Below, piece by piece: positions 57,409 through 64,000 of a DNA stretch of 64,000 bases; within the stretch, counting starts at the first letter, position 1; each line of letters starts with the position of its first letter. This DNA comes from Calditrichia bacterium (GTDB lineage Bacteria > Calditrichota > Calditrichia > JAJRVZ01): the NCBI GenBank assembly GCA_963796965.1, contig CAWCNS010000011.1:256001-320000 (forward strand), given 5' to 3'. The notes beneath the pieces were generated by a model. That model searched no databases and had not been told where the DNA came from. It saw only the letters and a program-made list of their open reading frames with translations. Position numbers and translations under genes: made by a program.

Positions 57409-57829
57409 AATTACCACATAACCGTTATTTCATAGTCTTAATTATTATTAGAGACTTCTGGAAAATGATTATATTTACCTGAATGTCATTCTGAACTTGT
57501 TTCAGAATCCCTTTAAATAGACCCTGAAATAAATTCAGGGTGACGAAATTCAAATATTTATTACATTTTTCAGAAGTCTCTATTAACAAAAATCCGTGTT
57601 ATCCGCGTGCTATTTCGATCAGACAGTCTATATAATTTTGGCACAAATATTGTATTATGCTTACTTAGTGGTGTAAAGAAGCTTTTTTATGTTTAATTTC
57701 GCACGATAGTGTGAGAATGGACATCTAATCATGCACAGGATGGAGCCAGGTAACCGCATTAAAATTTTTATTGATCTCTCATTTTAACTTTTGTACATTT
57801 CATTTGTACAAATAATGGGAGTGTTGAGG

Positions 57830-58063
57830 ATGGATCAAATAGCCGTGAGTGAGTTCAGGGCCAATATGATGAAGATTTTAAAAAAAATTGAACACGGTGC
57901 TTCTATAGATATCACATCGAGAGGACATGTTGTAGCTAAACTTGTTCCCCCTGACTATTCAAGAAGACTGGCCAGGGAACGATTAGCTGAAATTGGAAAA
58001 AAGTCAACGATCGGGGATATTATATCACCCATTGATACCAAATGGGAAGCGATTGAAGAATGA
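57830..58063 (+). CDS. Phd/YefM-family antitoxin
   Basis: IAVSEFRAN...ITSRGHVVAKLVP; TGTACA boxes at 57792 and 57805. Confidence 0.88.
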   Translation: MDQIAVSEFRANMMKILKKIEHGASIDITSRGHVVAKLVPPDYSRRLARERLAEIGKKSTIGDIISPIDTKWEAIEE

Positions 58064-58455
58064 TCACCGTTGACACACATATTATTATTTGGGATGCTCT
58101 AAAACCTGAACTATTAAGCCAGAAGGCAAAAACAGAATTAGAGAAGGCTAATAAGGGGGATGGTATCATTTTTTGTGATATTTCATTATGGGAAATTGCC
58201 ATGCTCATTCAAAAGCAACGAATCGAGATTGATGTGACCTATTCAGAATTCATAAACTTAGTGCGTGCATCCAATAACTACATATTCCAACCCATCACCC
58301 TGGAAATTGCCGGCCTTTCCGCACAACTTAAAGAGAAGGTATCTATCGATCCTGCAGATTCTATCATTGCCGCAACTTCAATAATATTAAGGGCCCCTCT
58401 GATTACGGCAGATAAGACCTTGCTTACGGCTAAAGGAATTCCGACTATTTTCTAA
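58060..58455 (+). CDS. VapC/PIN toxin
   Basis: VDTHIIIW, SLWEIA, DPADSIIAAT, LITAD; ATGA overlap with the antitoxin. Confidence 0.9.
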   Translation: MITVDTHIIIWDALKPELLSQKAKTELEKANKGDGIIFCDISLWEIAMLIQKQRIEIDVTYSEFINLVRASNNYIFQPITLEIAGLSAQLKEKVSIDPADSIIAATSIILRAPLITADKTLLTAKGIPTIF

Positions 58456-58469
58456 GGTGAAATAAAGAA

Positions 58470-58628
58470 TAGCACACGGATGACACGGATTTCCACGGAT
58501 TAAAAGAATTCTATCTATATTTTTCAAATAATCACTTATCTGAAAACCTGAGGTAAAACAGCACGATCAAAAAAATAGTTTTAAAAAAATCCGTGGAGAT
58601 CTGTGTAATCCGTGTCATCCGCGTTCTA
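58470..58628. repeat. TAGCAC-type 9-bp-periodic inverted-repeat element
   Basis: TAGCACACGGATGACACGGATTTCCACGGAT ... ATCCGTGTCATCCGCGTTCTA. Confidence 0.85.
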
Positions 58629-58641
58629 TTTCAATATTAAC

Positions 58642-59365
58642 CTATTCCCGATCTAGCCGTTTCAGGGCATCCCGGGCATCAGCAACCCATGCCTGGTCTT
58701 GCCCATCACTCTGTATTTACCTCATCCAAGGCGCGCTGGTAGGCATCGCGTGCCTGGCCCGGATCATTCAATTCTTCAAAAGATTTGGCAATATAATAAT
58801 CGATTTTTCCCTGATCGCGCTCCGCGCTGTATTTGTTTTGTATCTTCATAAACTTAATAATAGTATTTGGATAATACTGATGATCATAAAGTGCCCTGGC
58901 ACCGTTTATCTCAAAGGGATACCAGTCTTCCTGATCAGTTTTAACCTCTGTTTTATCATCTGCTTCTTTCGACTGGCCATGCACAATCGAGACATTGCCC
59001 ACTTTAACCTTTTTACTATCATCTGCCTTCTCAAGATTATCAATCTTCTGCGACATCAGATACATAAACAATTCGCGTTGTTGAATGGTACGAATATCAG
59101 CAATATCCAGAATTGCATTAGAGCCGAGTTTAAACTTCGTACCATCTTCTAACTCTAATATCACCTGTCCATTCTCACTTGAAAGGATCGTATCTATATT
59201 TTTTAGAATCGCCCCAACCTGAGCCTTTTGCCAGGTCTCATCCAACCCCAACCGCACCATCACTTTTCCCTGTGTCTGCAAAATCTTCACATCGGCGTGA
59301 ATACTGGTTACCGATAAGCAAATGAAAACCAGCATAAAAATTATATTTTTCATTTTTTGCCTCAT
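58642..59365 (-). CDS. FecR-like plus TPR exported protein (C-terminal frameshift)
   Basis: GKVMVR...DTI...LELEDGTKFKLGSNA; TPR-like helices at the C-terminus. Confidence 0.65.
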
Positions 59366-59695
59366 GTTTGTTTATTTTTCTCACGCAGCGCCGCAGAGTC
59401 GCAGCGAAAAAATTTTAACTATAACTAATCTTGTTATTCTGTAAGAATCCTCCTTCATTAAAGTTCGATACTTTCTATCATGAAGATCCCTATCCCGAAG
59501 CGCGATCCCGTTCTGGGACGGGATGACACAAAAAAGGTCATCTATTAAATCTTTTCATTATAACGCTGCACCGTCGCGTCGCTGCGCGAGAAAATATCTT
59601 TCCGGTCTCTCTCTCAAGGGCGCACACATGGGTTCGCCCCTACACTCTTCTGTCTTCCCTCTTCTCTTTTCGCTCCACTCTCTACTCTCCACAGT

Positions 59696-61303
59696 TCAAT
59701 TCACATCAATAACCTTCACCCAGCCTTCAGCCAGACCATTGCGAACCACGCCTTCTTCCAGGTAAGCCAGGGCGCCGTTTTCCCAGGCGGCATTAAACCC
59801 TTCTTCAATCAGCGTTGTTTCTACCGGTAACCAGATTGTTTTATGGCGGCTGTTTCCTGAACGGATAACAAATCTCTTTTCATTAGTACTGATCTTATAT
59901 CCCTGTTCGGGGGGAATACCCGTATCAAACAGTAAATAGAGATGGGCAATTTCCTGTTTTGGGTCCTGTACCTGTACAAAGGCAGTGCGGATCCCCAGAC
60001 TTTCCAGACAGGAGGCGTACAACACTACCAGGTCATCACAATCGCCGCTGCCAATATGCAACGTTTCGACCGCGAATTGAACACGGTCATCCTTATAAAA
60101 GGGCATATTCGGATCACGATGATAGGCAATACCTTTATCCTTTAAGGCATTAAACACGGTTTGCGCTTTTACCACCGTTTCTACGTCCTCATCGGGATTA
60201 ATCGTAAGACCATTGGCGAGCGTACGATTCATGACAAAGATCTGATCATCATTGGGAGTAACAAAATAGACCAACTTGTCCATATCACCATTCCAGGCAT
60301 TGCGACTGTGTATGACGATCTGGGCACTGTAATCTTTTTTCTCTGTCTGCCCTGCCCGGCCTTCGATTTCAATATCCAGGATGGCTGGTTTATTGTCACC
60401 GGCCTGCAATAGAAGCGAACCAAATACGGCATAAACCGGGATATCGGCGACATCTCCCGTGGGAATCTCAACAAATCCACTTTCGGCAGGTCGTTCCGAA
60501 TAGAAATCCACTTTGCTGCGAACATTTACTTCAATGGGATAGGGGGCAATATTTTTAACCGTCACCAGGGCAAGGGGATAGGTATTATAGAATTGATAAT
60601 AGGCGGGATAAATATCCTGTACGACGACTTTTATATCCTGCAGTTGGAACATTTCCCGCTTTGTACCCCACATAAAACTAAGACCCAATCCAAAATCGAT
60701 ACCGCTATATTTTTGATTGACATCAAAGTCCACCAGATGATATTTCAGATCCATGTTCAGGGCCAACCAATCGGTGATTAGAATATTAGTACCAAGCCCA
60801 GCATAACCACCAAAAAGAAATTCCGCTTCAAAAGATCCCTCCACATCGGGCTCATCTGTCTGCAGATTTCCCTGTCCTTTCTGTGCCCAATAGGGTCCCA
60901 GACCGGCTGAAACATAAGGTTGAAAGCTCGAGCTAAGCCGGGAAGGTAATAAATCATAATGTACACCTAATAAGATGGGGATGACAATATTGACATGGGT
61001 TGAATCATTCATTGATATATCGTTCCGGGAAACAGTCTGGACAGAGGCTACTGCTTCAAATGTAAAATCAAAGAAAAGATTATTATGAATCCGCGAAAAA
61101 AAGTAGAGGGTTCCACCAGCCCCGCTAATGTCGACATTGGCGGATTGGTCAGCAGCACTGACATTGATCTTCATGGGCCGGCCGGTAATATTCCAGAAAT
61201 TTCCCCTAAAGCCAATACCATTGGATCTGGTCATTCCCTGGGAAAATGATTGGGAAACCAATATCGTTAAGAGGAATATAATATTTAGAATTTTTCGATT
61301 CAT
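59696..61303 (-). CDS. Outer-membrane beta-barrel fused to a transglutaminase-like domain
   Basis: PYVSAGLG...LALNMDLKYH...GLSF barrel; GDCDDL...ESLGI...HLYL...WLPVETT. Confidence 0.7.
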   Translation of the reverse strand: MNRKILNIIFLLTILVSQSFSQGMTRSNGIGFRGNFWNITGRPMKINVSAADQSANVDISGAGGTLYFFSRIHNNLFFDFTFEAVASVQTVSRNDISMNDSTHVNIVIPILLGVHYDLLPSRLSSSFQPYVSAGLGPYWAQKGQGNLQTDEPDVEGSFEAEFLFGGYAGLGTNILITDWLALNMDLKYHLVDFDVNQKYSGIDFGLGLSFMWGTKREMFQLQDIKVVVQDIYPAYYQFYNTYPLALVTVKNIAPYPIEVNVRSKVDFYSERPAESGFVEIPTGDVADIPVYAVFGSLLLQAGDNKPAILDIEIEGRAGQTEKKDYSAQIVIHSRNAWNGDMDKLVYFVTPNDDQIFVMNRTLANGLTINPDEDVETVVKAQTVFNALKDKGIAYHRDPNMPFYKDDRVQFAVETLHIGSGDCDDLVVLYASCLESLGIRTAFVQVQDPKQEIAHLYLLFDTGIPPEQGYKISTNEKRFVIRSGNSRHKTIWLPVETTLIEEGFNAAWENGALAYLEEGVVRNGLAEGWVKVIDVN

Positions 61304-61681
61304 TCGTCAAAAGTTATCTAATGTTTTTAAAAGTTTAATATAATAGTTATTGCCATTTCATCAAACCCGATTATTATTTAATCCATCATTTTGCTTCACG
61401 CTCAAATGTGTATTCTCTCGCAGCGACGCAGAGAAATAAGGGACAAAAAAACGTTCTCATTTATTGTCATCCCATCATTGTTTTTACCACAAAGGACACA
61501 GAGTTTTATTAAATTTATTACTCTAAACTCTTAACTTTCCACGCTTTACTTTCTACAAATGACCTATCTCCTATTCGAAATTGGATATTCATTTTATTTT
61601 GTAAGACGGCCCACCGGCCCGTCTCTACATCTCCTCTCTCCTCACTCTTCTCTTTTCTCTCCACGCTCTACTCTCCACTCT

Positions 61682-62600
61682 CTACTGTAACCACGTCAAC
61701 ATAAACCGTATCGGCGATCACCGATCCAAACACACCAATCCCATCACCATCAATGTTAAATTTAGCCTCATGAAAATTACCATCCATCTCCATCACCTGC
61801 TATAGGTCATAAAAAAATCTTTATAATTATCATCCGCTGCATAAACGATGATGCGGTAGCGATCATAAAAATTAAATGTATACCAGGGTAAATCCATCTG
61901 CGAGACTCCATCTGAATTCGGGCATATGATGGAATAATTCATAGGATAAGGCATCATCTTCCATATCCACATCCTCAGGCTTTGTATCCTGATACGGATT
62001 ATCATAGATAAAGGTTTCCAAACTGGGATTCATTGCCTGGATGGCAGCCGTATATTGCCGGCATCCTTCAGAACGGTTGATCTGTAATTGAAATTCTTTT
62101 AGTACATCATGGATATCACGTTCACGATATTTTAGTGTATTATGATTAATCGAAACTATTTCAAATCCTTCATTGGGAACCTGGGTAACCGCATTCGCAT
62201 GAAGTTTCTTATTATCCATCTCTGTCCAGACATCGAGTTGATAGCTCTTTCCTTCCCGGACGATAAAATCTGATCCTTCATAGGTCCAATAGATACTATT
62301 GAGATCTTTGTGATTATCTACCTTAAATGTGAGATTATAGATGTGATCAGTTTCCAGATCCGTTACCTGAACGATCGTTTTCTCCGGATCAGGAAGTAAC
62401 CCAATTTTAGATAAGTCTGCATTGAGAGGAAAGTTTCGGCTGATCTGAATTTTTTCTATATTCTTCCCGGCTTCCAGGTATCCCTCAATAACAATCCTCG
62501 GTTCATAACTTACATTGGCCGGCTCCACCGTCGCATCCCCACATGAGCCTAAGAGAAGTATTATACCCAGTAATCCAACTATAATTATTGCTTTCATCAT
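61682..62600 (-). CDS. DUF4249-like lipoprotein (frameshifted)
   Basis: Lipobox LGSC, YEPRIVIEGYL; C-terminal NIDG.GIGVFGS in another frame; follows a TonB receptor. Confidence 0.7.
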
Positions 62601-62830
62601 TCTTTTCTCCGTTTTGTGTATCATCCTTTTTAAACACAAAGGACACAAAGTAGACTCAAAGCACACAAAGTTTTTATAAATTTTTAAATATTTCTTTGAG
62701 ATCTTTGTGGATTCTTAGTGAACTTTGTGTTTATCTTTAGTTTTTTCATTGTTAACCGTTCAAGGATTTTAATATGTAAATTACCACCCCCTCGTTCCCT
62801 CCTTAGTAAGGAGGGGGATGATGGGGGAGG

Positions 62831-64000
62831 TTAAAATGTAAAATTTACCCCAACCGTCGGTAAAAACGGCAGCATGTATTGTTCCTCGATCTCTGGTTTT
62901 CCCTCTTCATAGCCATAACTGATAAACCATACATTACCCCGATTACCGATATTGTATATCTGCAGATAGGGGGCCATCATCCAACCCGCATACTGAATCT
63001 GATAGGATAAAGAAAGATCCATGCGTACATAATCGGGCAAGCGGATATTATTAATCTTTGTTGGTGCATAATGCACATCTTTCTGAGAATCAAAAGGACC
63101 CGAACCGGTTAAATAGGCTGAACCCGGTTCCGTCAATGGCTGCCCGGTAGAATAAACAAAATTCGTTCCCAGGATCAATTTATTTTTGCCTTCTATCAGA
63201 TCATAGTTACCCATGGCATTGATCGTTGAGGTGCGGTCATGCCGGGGCATAAACCAACGGTCCTGATTTATCCGGTCAATTCTGTATTCCGTATGCGAAT
63301 AGGAATATCCCAACCAGCCACGCAGACGCCCCCGGTCCTTGCGCAGAAGTACTTCAAAACCATAGGTTTTACCATCACCACGATTGAAAACATGATTCAT
63401 GGTATTAAAAATGGGCCGTCCATCGGCATGGTGATCATCTGCGACAATTTCCGCACCCACATTCTGATTAAACGAATAAATATTTTGGTAATCTTTGTAG
63501 TAACCATCAACCTCAAATTCATAATCATCGCGAAATCTCCTGTTGGTAGCCAAGTTGGAAATGATCCGAACGCGCCCGATCCTGATATTTGCCGGACACT
63601 GTCCAGATATCTGAAATAAAGAAGCGGGGGATTCGGTGCAGGTATTGGTAGTAACGTCCCGCTGCTCCACGCAATACAATTGTTTCTGTGAGACGATATT
63701 TGACAGAAAAACGTGGTGCCCAATCCTGAGATGATGTCTCCATTTGAAAATAGTTAAAACGCGTACCTAGCTCGAAATCCCAATCAGGATTTGGTTTCCA
63801 GTTTAGAACACCATAGAGAGCACTCTGAAAGCCCTTTTCCTGGATATCGATAATCATACCGGCGTCATTAAAGATATAGTCAAGTTCCAGGGACTTATGC
63901 TCAAAGCCAAAGCGGCTGCTAAAATTATCCGTTATATGATACTCCATTTTACCCTTAACGGTCAGATCATTGACTGTATTTTTTTCGCTGACCTTCAGCA
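62831..64000 (-). CDS. TonB-dependent receptor, C-terminal part (frameshifted)
   Basis: APRFSVKY, GWLGYSYS, HDR, RLPDYVRMDLS, terminal LPTVGVNFTF. Confidence 0.85.

Overview
An AT-rich bacterial window. Several proteins end in YPNPFNP-type secretion C-termini, suggesting a Calditrichota/KSB1/Ignavibacteria-like lineage (inference). Many homopolymer frameshifts suggest an imperfect long-read consensus. Ordinary content includes an MscS-like gene, an adenylate cyclase, a GH109-like oxidoreductase, a TonB/beta-propeller/ABC operon, CotH, tyrosine phenol-lyase, a sigma54-controlled Cus-type metal efflux cluster with a secreted multiheme cytochrome, a UroD/SSS/GATase cluster, a dipeptidase, Fic, a DEAD helicase, GT4, Omp85 and NmrA. 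The main accessory region (39.4-49.8 kb) is a minus-strand integron cassette array with no integrase in the window: an attI-like site, four attC sites, four toxin-antitoxin pairs and hchA. One attC is split by an IS1111-type IS110 element whose 3' non-coding region carries visible matches to its own target and donor junctions (bridge/seek RNA-like). The neighbouring attC is split by a non-class-C group II intron inserted on the top strand. Intergenic DNA contains several palindromic repeat families, often nested, including 9-bp-periodic inverted repeats that bracket a GxxExxY nuclease-like gene. There is also an exact 22-bp-period palindrome array. No rRNA, tRNA or CRISPR was seen.
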